Origin: the human T2T-CHM13v2.0 reference genome, Homo sapiens
DNA length: 64,000 nucleotides
Assembly (NCBI RefSeq): GCF_009914755.1
Contig: NC_060939.1
Reading direction: 5' to 3' (one strand)
The notes under the pieces are model-generated. The model worked only from the letters and a program-made list of their open reading frames with translations. It was not told the DNA's origin and made no database searches. The translations under genes were made by a program, and so were the position numbers. Each line of letters begins with the position of its first letter. The stretch's first letter is position 1. Shown in pieces: positions 40,693 through 64,000 of this stretch.

Positions 40693-41529
40693 CTTAGGGA
40701 ATTTTTCAATTTAAAATATTTGCATGAACAAATGCCCAAATAATGTGGAGTGAACCATATGGGGAAAAAGCATTCTAGGACAAGGGAAGAAATTATAAGG
40801 ACCCTGAAGTAGGAATGATCTTCATTATGTTCAAGGAACTGCCAAAAGACAAGGGTGGATGAATCAAAGTAAATGAGGGAAAGTGTGGTAGGAGATGAAG
40901 TAGAGAGGTAGGTAAATCATGTGGCTCTTTTTTCCTCTATAAGGACTCTGGATTTTATCTCAGATGTGACGGTAAACATAAGAGTATGCTGAGCAGGGAA
41001 ATGGCTTGATCTCATTCATGATATGTGTAGAATAGGGTGCAGATGGGCAAGAGAGGAAACAGAAGAGTAAAAAGCTATTGCAGTAGTTCCAGGCCAGTGA
41101 TATTTCTGGAAGTAGTCAGAAGTGTTTGGGCACAAGATATATTTTCAAGGTGGAGCTGACAGAACTTTTCGTTATATGAACATGGCATGAGAAGGAAAGA
41201 GAGGACAAAAAGCTGACTCATGGGAATCTTCAGAGCCAGTGCAGGCTGAACTAGCTAGAGATGTGTCAGAGGCTTAGCAAAGAGAGCAGAGTGGGATTCC
41301 AAAACGTTGCTAAAAAGTCTTTATGGTACCTCCAAAGAAAACCCAGTCCTCACATCAGAAAGATTAACAACCCAAAGTGAATGGGGATATGTAAGGGGAT
41401 AGGGATTTAGCCTATATGGAAAAATTCAAGATTCTTAATTCTTCAAAGCCTCTTGTTGGAAAGAGAAGTCCCTGGGATAATGGAAAAGACTCAGGCTTTT
41501 CTGAGAAGATAGAGTTAGACTAGAGTTCA

Positions 41530-41739
41530 TGACTAGCCTGGCCAACATGGTGAAATCCTGTCTCTACTAAAATTACAAAAAATATCAGCTGAGCGTGGTG
41601 TTGCATGCCTGTAATCCTAGCTACTCAGGAGGCTGAAGCAGAATTGCTTGAACCCAGGAGGCGGAGGTTGCAGTGAGCCGAGGTTGTGCCACTGCACTCC
41701 AGCCTGGGGGACAGAGCAAGAATCTATCTCAAAAAAAAC

Positions 41740-41772
<33 letters not shown>
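41530..41772 (+). mobile_element. 5'-truncated Alu with (AAAAC)n tail
   Basis: Begins mid left arm. Confidence 0.9.
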
Positions 41773-42752
41773 CAGAGAGAGAGAAACTAGATTGATTCTG
41801 CTTCCAAGGATAAATAAATCCAATAACAACAAATGCATGCATACATGTATCTGTGTCCATGGTGTGCACACACATAGCTATTAGGTCTCCTTTATCAAAT
41901 TTCATGTCAAGGTCCAATGATCTCACATCTGGAATTTGTGTCATCCTCTTGCTGGTCAGCTTTCAACCTCTCTTCATTTAGTTTAGATATTCTTTTTTAT
42001 ACTGCTGCCCTTTGAATTGTCTAAACCAATGCTTGTAAAATTATCTGTGATGAAGGGCCAATCAAAAAAATCTCAATCTGTCATGGACTGATACTTTTGT
42101 AGAATACAATATAAATTACTTGAAAAAGTAAAATTAAAAAAAGCAAAGATTACAAAGTACAAGCCCAATTTTGTAATTATTAGATTCAACTGACATAAAA
42201 TTACTGTCAATTTGCTATGAAAGTTTTTAAAAGTTTACTGTTAATTTCTATACTATCTTTGTCCGAGACTGTTAACCACATGGTATGTGGACCACATTAT
42301 GAGTAGCAATGACATAAACCACTCTAGATCTCAAAAATCTCATTATCTGTTAAACCAAAATAAACCTCTCACTATTGTCCTCTAAACTCTGTACCAGTTA
42401 GTTCAGTCTTGCCTGTGTCTAACAGGCAAGCTCTTGTGTTCTCTTCCACACAGGGGACTGTTTTTAATCCATTTCTTTCTTTCCGTTTATTCAAAACATC
42501 CTAAATACATCTCATGTATATACAACTGAATACTTACCTTCCTCAGAAAGCTTTCCTAGAACATCCTTACCTAATTTTTACCCCTTTGGCATTTGTATTT
42601 TCTTATATTTATTAGTATAGGTTTATATTATTTGTATTGTTTCCTTTAGTAGAGCATAAATTACTTCTGAGTAAACCCTGATTTTTACCCTAAATATAAA
42701 AATGTCTAGAATATAGTAACATGGATACCCAAACAATAAAAAGCATGTAAGT

Positions 42753-43075
<323 letters not shown>

Positions 43076-43220
43076 CATATAAGTAATTGCTTGCCTGTCT
43101 AAGAGTCTATGTGTATGGGGAGATAAAGTACTATTGAATATGAAATACTATCTTTTACTGTGGGAATTTGTGTTTACCCCCTTTTCTCCCATGCTCTGCT
43201 TTCTTTTATTTTCTTACTAG

Positions 43221-43762
43221 GCCTGTCTCCACTAACTCTGGACCCTAAAACAGCTCACCCAAATCTGGTGCTCTCCAAAAGCCAAACCAGCGTCTGGCAT
43301 GGTGACATTAAGAAGATAATGCCTGATGATCCTGAGAGGTTTGACTCAAGTGTGGCTGTACTGGGCTCAAGAGGCTTCACCTCTGGAAAGTGGTACTGGG
43401 AAGTAGAAGTAGCAAAGAAGACAAAATGGACAGTTGGAGTTGTCAGAGAATCCATCATTCGGAAGGGCAGCTGTCCTCTAACTCCTGAGCAAGGATTCTG
43501 GCTTTTAAGACTAAGGAACCAAACTGATCTAAAGGCTCTGGATTTGCCTTCTTTCAGTCTGACACTGACTAACAACCTCGACAAGGTGGGCATATACCTG
43601 GATTATGAAGGAGGACAGTTGTCCTTCTACAATGCTAAAACCATGACTCACATTTACACCTTCAGTAACACTTTCATGGAGAAACTTTATCCCTACTTCT
43701 GCCCCTGCCTTAATGATGGTGGAGAGAATAAAGAACCATTGCACATCTTACATCCACAGTAA
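43221..43762 (+). CDS. TRIM69: TRIM69 exon 7: PRY-SPRY (B30.2) domain
   Basis: actag|GCCTG acceptor; LDPKTAHPNL, YWEVEV, LDYEGG motifs; TAA 43760-43762; spliced total 1503 nt = 500 aa. Confidence 0.98.
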
Positions 43763-43794
43763 TGAGTCATAATATTATACAAATTCAGAGTGTT

Positions 43795-43800
43795 ATTAAA
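43795..43800 (+). terminator. TRIM69: TRIM69 polyadenylation signal (ATTAAA)
   Basis: Common variant hexamer 32 nt after the stop codon. Confidence 0.65.
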
Positions 43801-44641
43801 GAGGTTTTGAAATATTTTACCAGTCTCACTGGATTCTCTTCTCAATTTTTGGGGAACTATGGAATAATGAAAAGAGGATGCGCAAATCAAATTCCATTCT
43901 TTCAGTATCCTAAATGGATTTCACTGGAGGCTTTCAAGGTATCATTCTTCTCTGGGGTCTTTTATGACACAGGAGCCACTCTCATGAGAGTGATCATCAT
44001 GCTACTGTTACTGGAGCAAACTGCAACTTGAGTTTGTGATGTTTGGGAACCCTTTTCAAATATGCCCAGAAATGATCATGTTGTCATATTTTCCAGCTTA
44101 ATGACCCTTAGCAGATGAATTTTCAGGTGTTCACTCTTCTTACTATTTTTTGATATACATTTTCATCGTATTTCTTTTTTTAGAACTTACTGCTGTAATT
44201 TTATTTTTTTGAGACAGAGTCTCGCTCTGTTGTCTAGGCTGGAGTGCAGTGGCATGATCATGGCTCACTGCAGCCTCAACCTCCTGGGCTCAAGCAATCC
44301 TCCCATCTCAGACCCTGAGTAGCTGGGACTATTGGCGCACGCCACCACAAGTAGAGATGGGGTTTCATCATGTTGCCCAGGCTTTTCTGGAACTCTTGGG
44401 CTCAAGAGATCCTCATGCCTCAGCTTTCCAACCTGTTGGAATTATAGGTGTGAGATACCATGCCTGTCCTGTAATTTTAAACCATGCTCCACAGGCTTAA
44501 ATAAAAAAGTAGGAAATGATCTGGACTAGTTTATAATCTTGTCTTGAATTCTCTCAAGATACATTTTAGTCCAGCAAATCTGTAATTCTTTCCTTTCCTT
44601 TCTCAGTTCCATTTCCCTGCTTTATCTATCTGCAGGAGACA

Positions 44642-44644
<3 letters not shown>

Positions 44645-44694
<50 letters not shown>
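44645..44694. repeat. (TA)n microsatellite
   Basis: ~24 perfect TA units. Confidence 0.98.
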
Positions 44695-44697
<3 letters not shown>

Positions 44698-45889
44698 GTC
44701 TGAGAGATGGGGTCTCACTATGTTGCCTAGGCTAGTCTTGAATTCCTGACCTCAAGCATCCTCCCACCTTGACCTCCTAAAGTTCTAGGATTACAGATGT
44801 GAGTCACCACACCCAACCTCCATCTACTTTTGACTACGTCCTTTTTCATCATTCCTGCCTATAATTTAAGTAGTATTTTGCATCTTGTTCTCTCCAATAT
44901 ACTCATCCTTGAGCTTTTTCCAAGTCTAAAATTCTTAACATCATTGATCTCAGCAGTACTCTTGATTGACTGTCCCTATTTCCTTTCTTTGGAAGTCCTC
45001 ATCTAAATGGGCTTTATTCTCTATAGTTGACAGTTTTGGGGGGACTTTTTAGGACCTTCAGCATTGGCCCTCTAAAATTATAATTAGCACAGTTTTTTTT
45101 TGGGGGGGGTCAGGGCAAAAGCTTAAATGTATGTATGGGAAAAATAATGCAAATACTACAGACAATATTCATGTAGTTTGTTATATACAATATGCATACA
45201 TTTACAACTGATTTGGATAAACAGCCATAACAGGATTAAGACTACATTTAAGAAACTGCCTTGTTTTTTTTGAATTCACTTCAATCAGAACGTAGTAAGA
45301 ACATATTTTGTGCCTGGAATCTTGCTTAATGTCTTAAAGGGTATAAAAGCAGCATAAAAAGAAAAAGAAAGGCATGCCAATAGAAAGTAATCTGACTAAA
45401 AATTAATTCACTTCTAAGGTATAAAAAGTTACAGCTGAAATATATTATTTTTTAAGACAAAGTCTTACTCTGTCACCCAGGCTGGAGTACAGTGGCACAA
45501 ACACGGCTCTTTGCAGCCTGGGACTCTTGGATCCTCCCACCTCAGACTCTCGAGTAGCTAGGATTATAGGCGCAGGCAACTACGCCCAACTAAATTTTTA
45601 TTTTTAGTAGAGACGAGGTCTCACTATGTTACCCAGGCTTGAAATATGTTATTCTTAAGATGCAATGGTTCTTAACCCTGGATACACATTAGGTTCATGT
45701 AGGAAGCTTTAAAAAAATTTAGATGCCTGGAATCCAGCCAAGACCAATTAAGGAAAGATCTCTATCAAGTGAAACCCTGCTAGAGTCCCAGTGTACAGTA
45801 GCTACAAGCCACTAGTTTCTAAAAGCTCTCAGGCGATTCTAATGTGTGGCTGGGGCAGACAGCCACTGAACTAAAGCAACATGTTTTAT

Positions 45890-51370
<5,481 letters not shown>

Positions 51371-51879
51371 TTTCTGATTATAAAGAGAAAAACACTTATG
51401 AGACTATTATTTTAAAAATCTACAAAACAAAGAAGAGAGAACACTCAAAGTTTGCACAATGTCTTTGGAGATAATCTGTTAGTCCAGAATCAAATTTCCT
51501 AAAAGTATTAGGTGACCATAAAAGGAGAGAGAGGAAGCATGACCTCATCATGAGATGAGAAAAGTTGGCAATTAAAATTTACTGCTGATAAAGGGACAGA
51601 AAACATGTTAGAAGGGTTCATTACAAGATAATTTAATAAAAAATATTGAAAGCAGCAAAGAAGAAATCCAATGTTACAGAAATTTCATCTGTCCTGCAAA
51701 GGACATACCTGAAAAGCTGAGGAGCAATTCTGAAATATAAAGAAAAAACAAACAAACAAAAAAGAATAAATATCAAATAAATATGAATATAAGTAAAATA
51801 GGACAACTCACTAAATACCACGAGATAAATAAATAATATCTTCAGTTTGTAAGGGATCGTGTCAGAAATTCTGCATGCT

Positions 51880-52957
<1,078 letters not shown>

Positions 52958-53090
52958 ATGAGTCGCTGACTTTTAAAAAATATTTTTAATTGACAAGGAA
53001 AAATTATATTTATGGTGTAGAACATTATATATATGTACTTTTATATATACATATATATACCTTTTTATACATACCTTTATGTTTATATAA

Positions 53091-53432
<342 letters not shown>

Positions 53433-53599
53433 AATATATTGTTCTTAACTGCAATCACCATGGTGTAAGATAAATCTCTTTAACTTATTCCTTCTTTCTA
53501 ACTGAAACTTTGTGTCCTTTGACCAACATCTCCCCAATACCCCCACCCCTCAGCCTCTGTTAACTTCTGATGTGGCTTTTAAGGCATCAATTGCTAATC

Positions 53600-56090
53600 A
53601 ACACATTCACATTGACCCTAGCTGTCATTTATATGGGAAGGCAAAGAAAGATAATCTCAAGAATGAAAGAGACTTGAAAATACATTATCTTTTAAAAATT
53701 ACTTGAAGATGGACATGAAACACTGACAAAAGATAAAGCAAAATTCAGATACCAAGACAGGAGAAATCATAATATAAAATTATTGGTAGAGACTAGTGAT
53801 AACGACTAATACAAAATGACTAAATTATTATAAATATGACTTAATACAAATGATAATATGCTCATGAAATACATAATACAAAACTATGAAATTGCATAAA
53901 GCTAAATTAAAATGTAAGTTTGTATAAGTAAATAGAAAAGAAAAAGAGAGTACATAAAAGTATGTTCAAATTCTTATTTTAAATTATAAAGGGGACTTAA
54001 GGGAAACCAATTGTTATATCAAATAGATATACGTTATCACGTTTGAAAAAAATTTAAAGGATTAAAAATGTGGTGTTAAAATAGACTGAAATTAAAGTAC
54101 CCAAACTGCTGGAGAAAAGAAAAACAATGAATGCATCTAACATACAGCAAAAGACAGAAATGACAAAAAAAGCAAAGCATGAACATCAACAACCAAATAA
54201 AAACAAAATGACAGAAGTAGGAGCAAATATATCATTTATTGCAATGAACATAGAAAGATTAAAATTCCGTATTAAATATAATTGATACAAAAAGAATCCA
54301 ACTAAGCAAAAAGCCTAAAGTTGAAAAAATACATCAGACAAACACAAATAAACTGAAAGCTACAATTGAGTAATAAAATCAGACACTGCTGAATTCAGGG
54401 CAAATATATTAAAAAGGATTCTTAATGACTTTATAATTAACATTTTATAATGAAAAGAATAAAATATGTAGTTACATTATAAATATCCACAAATATGCAT
54501 CAGTCAACATTGCTTCAATATATAGAATGAAAAGAAGTATAAAAACAAGACAAAATTGTTAAAAGCACAGTTATAATGCTATTGACAGATCAAATAGATA
54601 TAAATAAACAAACATAAAACAAAAATTAATCCTGTAGTTGTTCATCTTTTTAGACTCTTGGACCCCTATGGGAATCTCATGAATTTTCTCTCCTCACTCA
54701 GAAGCATGTGCATATTGCCTGCATGTCAGGGAATTTAATGATACCTTGAAGCCCATTCATGAACTTCTTTGTGGCCCCCTATGGTTTACTAATACTAGAT
54801 AAAAGGCTTTGAGTTAAATAATAAAGGTTGGTCTAATAATTACCAAACTTTAACTCTATGGAGAATAGATTTCCAGTGCCCATGGCTCATTCACATAAAT
54901 CTATCATATTAGACCACAAAGACAATCTATAATTCTAAAAAGTATATATTATGCAGACCACATCTCTAAGCAAAGTGCAGTAAAACTAGAGACTAATAAG
55001 AACATATTAACCCTAAAAATAGAGTCACTTTGAGTTGTTAAAAGTCACTCTCTAAAATAACTCTTTGGTTAAAGAGGAAAAGAAAATGATGACTAGAAAA
55101 AAATTAGCAAAACTAAGAACACTACATACTATATCTTAGAAATGTAGATGAGTGATTAACACCACATTAGTTATTAAAAGCTAGCTCTTTCAATAAACTG
55201 CGTTGGGACAACAAGCTAATAAATTGGCACTGAGGATACAAAGGAAGAATAGAATTCATGAAGAGCTAAGTCAGTTTTGAAATAAAAGAGGAAAGATGAG
55301 GTGGGGAGAGCACATTATTCTTTATGATATTAAGATGTAGGAAAGGCCATTGTTATATAAACAGTATGGACTAACATGGATAGAGATAAATAGAACAAAT
55401 CGGAACAGAATAGAGACCTCAGAAATAGATTTGTTTGCGTGTGACTTTGATTCACAGTAGATGTGACTCTTTAAAGCAATAGGGAAGGGATGATTTGGTT
55501 GGCATATAGCATTGAGAAAACTGATTCCCTAGGACATGAGGAGATGATGCAGAGAAGGGATTCCTGAATGGCCAAAATACATATAAGGAGACTCTTACAC
55601 ACACAAGTATATAGATAAATAAAAACTAAAATGACAGTGAGATACCATTGTATATCCATTATAATACAAAAATTAGAAAGATGGTGAAGATGTCAGAAAA
55701 CCGGCTCCTCATGCACTACTGACAGTTGTATAAACTGGTACGGCCCTCCTAGAAAGCCGTCTGGTTGTGTCCTCAATAAAATAAGTATGCACACATCTGT
55801 GATCCATAAGTCCCTCTCTTGGGCATATATCCTAGAGAAATTTTCCAGCAGGTTGGTAAAAATGCATTTTAGAAGATGTTTTAATGCATATTTTTGGTAT
55901 TGGAGATAACGTAGGTATCCAACAATTGGGGAATGGGTAAGTTAAAGGTAGAAAATGTAACGCAACATTATTTAGCCTCAAAAGTCATGAATGAGACAGC
56001 ATTCAGCACCATGGACAATCATTTAAAACATGCTGGGTGAAAAGTTTTTAAAAAGACAGAAATTTATAGTATAATGCCATTTGCATAAAC
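53600..56090 (+). mobile_element. Highly degraded L1ME-type remnant
   Basis: A-rich sense strand with residual ORF2/3' motifs (GAACAGAATAGAGACCTCAGAAATAG, ACAGTGAGATACCA). Confidence 0.6.
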
Positions 56091-57442
56091 TTGTTTAAAA
56101 TTTTGTGGGTACATAGTAGTTATATATATTTAGGGGGTACATGAGATGTTTTGATACAGGCATGCAATGTGAAATAGGCACATCATGACGAATGGGGTAC
56201 CTGTTCCCTCAAGAATTTATCTTGTGAGTTACAAACAATCCAACTTTACATACAACAAACTATTTTTCAAAGATAAATAAATTTGATTATATATAAAGTG
56301 TATGTAACAGATACCTATGGAAGAAGATAAATGAGACAGTGAAACAGGGATAAAGGAAAAATTAATGGATTCACACAAGAGAGGGGCCTTACATGGATGT
56401 ATGATTACAATGTGCTATGATTAACTCAACATTGTGATCTATTTCTACTTATTAAAGTATGTTTTAAAACACTAGCTTGCTTCTCCTCTAATTTAGATTC
56501 AGTTAGCATTTGCAGAGCATCTACGAGTGCCAAGTACTTTCACATTCTTTCTTTCATGTAATGCTTACAAGAAACAGGGATGTTTGCTATGATTGTCTAC
56601 ATTTTGCTAAAGGGAAACAGGCACCTGAATTTAAAGAATTTACCCAAGGTCACAAAGTTAGTAAGTAGAAAAGAAGGGATTGAGACCTGGGTCTGTCTGA
56701 CGCATTGTGTTCCCTCTAACATAATCTACAGTGTCTGTGTGTGGTGTTACAGTGTTGAGACATCATTTAAACTCATGAATCATAAATCATGCTACTAGAA
56801 CTATAGACAATAGACTGGATACTGACTCCTAAGAACAATAAACAAAGATATTGATTCTGCTGTGATGACAGAAATCACAACACAACAACACAAGAATGCA
56901 TAAATCCTGCCATGACCTCTCTTCCCAGTGGGGTTCCTCACCACAGGAAATATACACAAGAAACTAGAGGGGCTTGAAAAATGCAGTTGAAGGTTATGGC
57001 TCAGACCTGTCGGCCTACACTAAGCTTCCTCCTTTCTCTCCTTGAAATAAAGATAACCAGGCCCTGAGACTACTTAAACAGAATCCTACCCTCTTTGGAG
57101 AGTCATCAGAACATAAGATAGTGATCTTCTCTATCACAAGGCACAACAAGATTTTACATAATAATTCTGACTTTGTACAGAAGCTTCAGCTGAGACTCCA
57201 AGATTTGTAAGAAGTCAACAGAAAGTGTGTCCATTGCCCCAGAAAAATGAGTAAGTGCTTATGACGGGGATCCACCGATATCCATGTCCTCTGCCTCTTC
57301 TGGTTACACTGCTGGACTACATTTTATAGTCTCCTCTTCCATGTAAGGGAGGCCTGATAACTAGCTTTCAGCAATGCAACGTAAGTGAAAGGAACTATCT
57401 CACCAACCAGCCATGTCAATTAAAAGGAAAGTTATCTTCCTT

Positions 57443-57830
57443 GTATCAGTGAATTATTTCTATGAAACAAACCACCCCAAACGTAGTGGCTTAAAATAAC
57501 AACCATTTATTTATATCATAATTCAGCAGGTCAGCAACTTAGGCCAAGCTTGTTGGGTGATTCGTCTAGTCTTGTCATGGCTCCCTTTTGTGTCCACAGT
57601 CAGAGGCAGGTCAGCGACCTTCTCTCCTTCTGGAGTTTGGCTAGCTATAGGCTGGGGTGACTGCACAGCTGGCCACGTGTCTCTCATTTTCCAGCAGACA
57701 AATCCAGGCTTGTTCATTTGGAAGTGGCAGGATTTGAAGAAAAAGAGCAGAAATGTGCAAAGTTTCCTGAGTCCCAGGCTCAGAACCAACACAATATCAT
57801 TTTTAACCACACTCTATTGGTTTTAACAGA
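57443..57830 (-). mobile_element. MLT1-type LTR
   Basis: ACAAACCACCCCAAACGTAGTGGCTTAAAATAACAACCATTTATT antisense MLT1 signature. Confidence 0.7.
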
Positions 57831-60211
57831 CTACCAAAGGAAGCCATGGCACAAAATAAGACCATTCACATAGAATACAGCAAATACACTAGTGAAAGAA
57901 GTCTAGATACTGAGCAACTACACAGAGCAGAGCTCCTCTACAACCACCAACATATTGACCACTTTCGTCAATGACATGACCATTTAAAGCCACTGAGGTG
58001 TTTGTTATAGCATTTAGCCTATGCTGACTTGGCTCACTAAGCCACCAAACTCATTCAGCCCATCTTTAACATCCAGCTTACGTGAAAGAAGATTTGTGTT
58101 AATTAAAGGGGGAATCATTAGAGAAGATTCTTGCCCCTCACCTACCCCAAAACAACAGACGGAGTTCCCAAAAACTAATTTTTGGGGATTGGCATTGTCA
58201 GATAGGAGGAACAAGTTGAAACTTCCTCCCTGGCTGAAGGTTTGCACAGCCAGAGAATCTTGTGATGAGGCTGGAATGTGAGAGAGCTGTTGGGAGAAAT
58301 GGACATGGTTTCCCTAGAATCTGGGGAGACATGAACGTGAAGGGCTAGCTGGAGCACCACCTGAGGGCAGAATAGAAATGGACTGTACCTTGAGAATTTA
58401 GTGGATCAATGAAGCCAATTTTTCATGTGGACCCTATGAAGTTTAGTCCACGCTTAAGCTATCTTGAGAGGACCTCATCAAAGACACTGCCTGTGTCCCC
58501 AGCCATGGAAATCTTCATACTTTGTTTTAATGAGAGTAGACATATCTGAGGACAAGAGATCTTCTGAAACCAGATGAGTTTGGCCACACATTCTCTGCGT
58601 TTTGCATCTTTCTGAAAGCATTCCTTTGAAAATTTTTGGTGTTGGTTAATAGGGTGATCATCATTCAGGAGGAAAATGTTCAGAGAGGGAGAACAGATGC
58701 AAGCATGTGACTCATCCCATGAAGCCAAAGGTATGCGAAACACCCAGACTCAGAATTAACTGTGACAGATGGTGCCTAAACATCTGCCTCCGGTAGGAAC
58801 CAGACTACTGCTCCACCTGCTACTAAGAGAGCTTGCAATCATCTCCCCCAATACCCTTCTCCCCAGGGAAGCCTTCTCATCCAGCAAACTCCTCTCCACT
58901 TGCCTCCTTCACTGTTTTTTCCTCTTTTGAAATCATAACCCCGTAATCACACCTGTCCTCTGGGGCTTCCATTCCCCTGTAGGGCCATCTGACTTTCCAT
59001 ATGTGTGCTTCATCTCCTTTCTGAAAAATGTGGCTTAGTATTTCAACCCTCCTCAACATGGCACCAAGAGTATATCTACTTTGTTCTGTAGTTCTTGAAG
59101 AGCCTTAAATCTAAACCATGACATCAGCCAGAGTTTATAGGATTACTTGATAGTTTGCAACGAAAGTCATACTCATTGACAATAATAACAACAACATACA
59201 TACCAATTGCTATATGCTGGGCCTATAAGGTATTATTTTCTCTACTTTATTGATGCAGAAACTGAGGCAGCAGAACTGTAAAAGGACTTGTAAAAGTTCA
59301 TACAGTAAGTATATGGCAGAGCCAAGATTCAGGGCTGCCATGTATGGCTGTGCAGGTTATGCTTTGCACTGTATCAGGAGGTACCATTTGCCTCGGCTGA
59401 TATACAGCCTGCACAACACTACACACCAGAATCTGAATGTAGGCAGACTGTCTCCAAAGTTCTTACGGACTCTCTAACAAAGGGAGTTAAAGCATAGCAT
59501 AAGATTTATGTATGAAGACCTTCATCACAGAAGTGTTTATCCTAGCAAAAAAAAAAAAAAAAAATATTGAAGCAACAATAGAGGAATGACTAAGCTAATT
59601 ACATTTAGGCCACTTCACAAATAATTTTAAAACTATTAAAAATAATGTACAAAAATGATGTAATATTGAAAGATACCTTAAATTATAGTGAGGGATGAAA
59701 AGAATCAACATATGAAAGTCAAAAACAGAAACACACCACCCACCTTGAGCTCCTGAGATGATACTATACCTTCTGGGACCAACTGAATACCTTCTGACAA
59801 GTCAATTATATTTTACTCCTGTCATCATGTGCAGGAGAGCAACTAGTCCTCAATGGAATAAAAATTGTTTCTAGCTGAAGTTTTCTTTTCCTGACATCAT
59901 GCTTGTTCCTGCAAATCCACGATGTCCAATCAGGGTATCTCAAACAACATTGCGCCTGGCAATGGAACTCACCTCAGAGTAAAAGAAAGCAGGTAATGAC
60001 TAATACCAATGGAATTTACCAGGCTTACCATTACTTCATTATCCAGAAGTAATTAGCCTTACAGACCAAGCAAAATATTTGCTTTCTCCTTCAGATCATA
60101 AAAGTATTACACTAAAAATTATTTCCAAAACTTAACTCCTCCATTTCTGACCTGGATAAGATGGCAGACTCTTGCCCTCTCTAGTCCTCTCCACAATGCA
60201 CAATAGCAAAC

Positions 60212-61205
60212 TGTAGAGACTAGCCGTACACGGTCTGTGGGTCTTTCTCCCTGTGTGCGGAGAGGAGAGATCATAGAAATAAAGACACAAGACAAAGAGA
60301 AGAAAAGACAGCTGGGCCCGGGGGACCACTACCACCAAGACGCAGAGACTGGTAGTGACCCCGAATGCCTGGCTGAGCTGTTATTTATTGGATATAAAGC
60401 AAAAGGGGCAGGGTAAAGAGTGTGAGTCATCTCCAATGATTGATAAGGTCACGTGAGTCATGTGTCCACCGGACAGGGGGCCCTTCCCTGTTAGGTAGCC
60501 CAGGCAGAGAGAGAGAGAACAGCTTACGTCATTATTTCTTCTATGCTCTTTTCAGAAAGATCAAAGACTAATACTTTCACTAATTTTGCCACTGCGATCT
60601 AGAGGGCGGAGCCAGGTGTACAGAGTGGAACATGAAAGTGAAACAGGAGAGTGACCGCTGAAACACAGCATCACAGGGAGACGGTTAGGCCTCCGGATAA
60701 CTGCGGGTGGGCCTGACTCCACAAGAGGTGGTGGAGCAGAGTCTTCTCTAACTCCCCCGGGGAAAGGGAGACTCCCTTTCCCGGTCTGCTAAGTAACGGG
60801 TGCTTTTTCTAGGCACTGACGCTACCGCTAGACAAAGGTCCGCTAGGCAACCGGCGTCTTCCCAGGCGCTGGCGTTACCGCTAGACCAAAGAGCCCTCTA
60901 GTGGCCCCGTCCGGGCATAACAGAAGGCTCACACTTGTCTTCCGGTCACTTCTCACAGTGTCCCTTCAGCTCCTATCTCTGTATGGCCTGGTTTTTCCTA
61001 GGTTATGATTGTAGAGTGAAGATTATTATAATATTGGAATAAAGAGTAATTGCTACAAACTAATGATTAATGATATTCATATATAATCATATCTATGATC
61101 TATATCTAGTATAACTATTCTTATTTTATTTATTTTCTTTATTATACTGGAACAGCTTGTGCCCTCGGTCTCTTGCCTTGGCTCCTGGGTGGCTTGCCGC
61201 CCACA
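60212..61205 (-). mobile_element. LTR13 solo LTR (HERV-K13/HML-4)
   Basis: Reverse complement starts TGTGGGCGGCAAGCCACCCAGG..GCAAGAGACCGAGGGCAC; TG..CA ends; 6-bp TSD (G/A)CAAAC. Confidence 0.9.
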
Positions 61206-62649
61206 ACAAACATTGCAAAAATAACTCAAGAGACAATGAAAGGGGAACTCTGAGAGGTAGAAGACGAGGGTGCATCGGTTTGAGACCCCAGGCAGGACTG
61301 GAGAAGCGACACAGTGTCAGGGCATCCTATGTCCTTCCAACCTACAAAAGAGGTGATCCAGGTCAAGCATTTTCTGATCTGAGCCTAGCAACAGAAGGCA
61401 GCCCAGGTAGGCTAAGGTCTCCCCCACATTGAATAGGAGTCTACCTATACCACCACCTGAGCCCAGCAAATAGGGTGGATCAGAAGCCCACTTACATACT
61501 AAGGGGCCAGGGAAGCTTTCTTCTTCCCTGATGGGCCTGAGACTCTCCTCCTCCTCCACCCAGAGACACCATGCAGTTGGAAGGCACCAGAAAGGGAAAC
61601 ACACCAAAATAAGAGAGCGTCATGACTAACTGAATTCGTTTTGCAGACAACAATGAAAAAGAAAATCCAAAAAGAAATAAATTTTTTGAAAGCATTTACA
61701 TTGCCATCAGACACAAGAAGGTCCTGTCAGGCATGGACAAAGTCTATACAGTCATAACTCATGGCCTAGAGAGCCCTTGGAATGTACAGCTACAGACAGC
61801 TACAGATACCCCATATCCTTGCCCCTAGGGACATCAGGAAACAGGGTTTCATCTGCCAGACTGTGGTGACCATGACTGAGGATTACTTCCCTTCAATCCC
61901 CTCAGAGACAAAATGAAATGAAGGGAAAGTCATCCCTGACTTTGTTTAAAACACAGCATCCTACACAGGTTTTACAAACATCTTATTTTTTACGACCTTT
62001 TTCTGTTATTTCATTTTTAAGAAACCCACCGCTCACCTATTCATCCCCTGAGAGAAGCTTATTTAAAGCTCATGAGAAAGCAGAGAACTATTTCACAACA
62101 TTGAAGCAAAATAATCTGACTGAACCAAGCTTTCACAGGGGAACTGGGGAAAGAGTGAAGAACCAAGCAAAATAGACGAGTCAGGAGACTAAAGTTGTAA
62201 AATAGTTTGGTTTTGAATTCTTATTTCTAGTTTTTCCAAAGTAGCATTATAACTAAGAGATTTTCCTCTAAGTTGCTATAAAAAGCAAAAGTGGGCCCAG
62301 ATGTTACCAGGGAGCTGTCAAGGCTCTCCTGCCTCAAGAAACACACCTTACCCTTCCTAGAGAATGACTTTGGGAAGAGGTCACTCTCAGAGTATTTACC
62401 AAGAGAGAGAAGGAAGTCAGTACTCCACAATTCTCCTGGATTTGTAATCCCTTGCTCTTCTGCTGGCTTTTAATTTCTATCTGGATGGCCTACTATGAGG
62501 CTGCCCTGACCAGATTCTTCCCCAGAACAAGGAGCTTTCAGTAAGTGAGAAGAGAGGAGTGACGAATCACACTCCACTTTCAGAGTGTCTTGTTATGGAA
62601 AATTTTCTTGCATCGCATCCGAGAGCATTAACATAAAATAATTGCACTA

Positions 62650-64000
<1,351 letters not shown>

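Overview
Human/primate genomic DNA containing the whole TRIM69 locus (chr15q21, recalled to lie just downstream of B2M). Seven coding exons on the + strand (12703-12708, 30882-31358, 32350-32445, 34601-34834, 35620-35642, 35728-35852, 43221-43762) splice at GT-AG sites into a 1503-nt, 500-aa RING / degenerate B-box / coiled-coil / PRY-SPRY ORF. Upstream lie a CpG-rich promoter (~4840-5700) and an intronless RNF4 retrocopy (~7520-8215). Most remaining sequence is interspersed repeat: an internally deleted L1PA3, L1PB/L1M fragments, solo LTRs (MER4-group, MER11, LTR13, MaLR), many Alus, MIR/L2 and MITEs. The most interesting observation: the upstream CpG promoter looks like a decayed duplicate of the B2M promoter, exon 1 and proximal intron 1. 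It keeps an ordered ISRE-kB-S-X1X2-Y (MHC class I enhanceosome) module but has lost the B2M ATG and splice donor, and strong splice sites could link it to the RNF4 retrocopy and to TRIM69. Repeat subfamily calls and comparisons with B2M, RNF4 and L1 are from recalled sequences, not database searches; repeat boundaries are approximate unless a TSD is cited.
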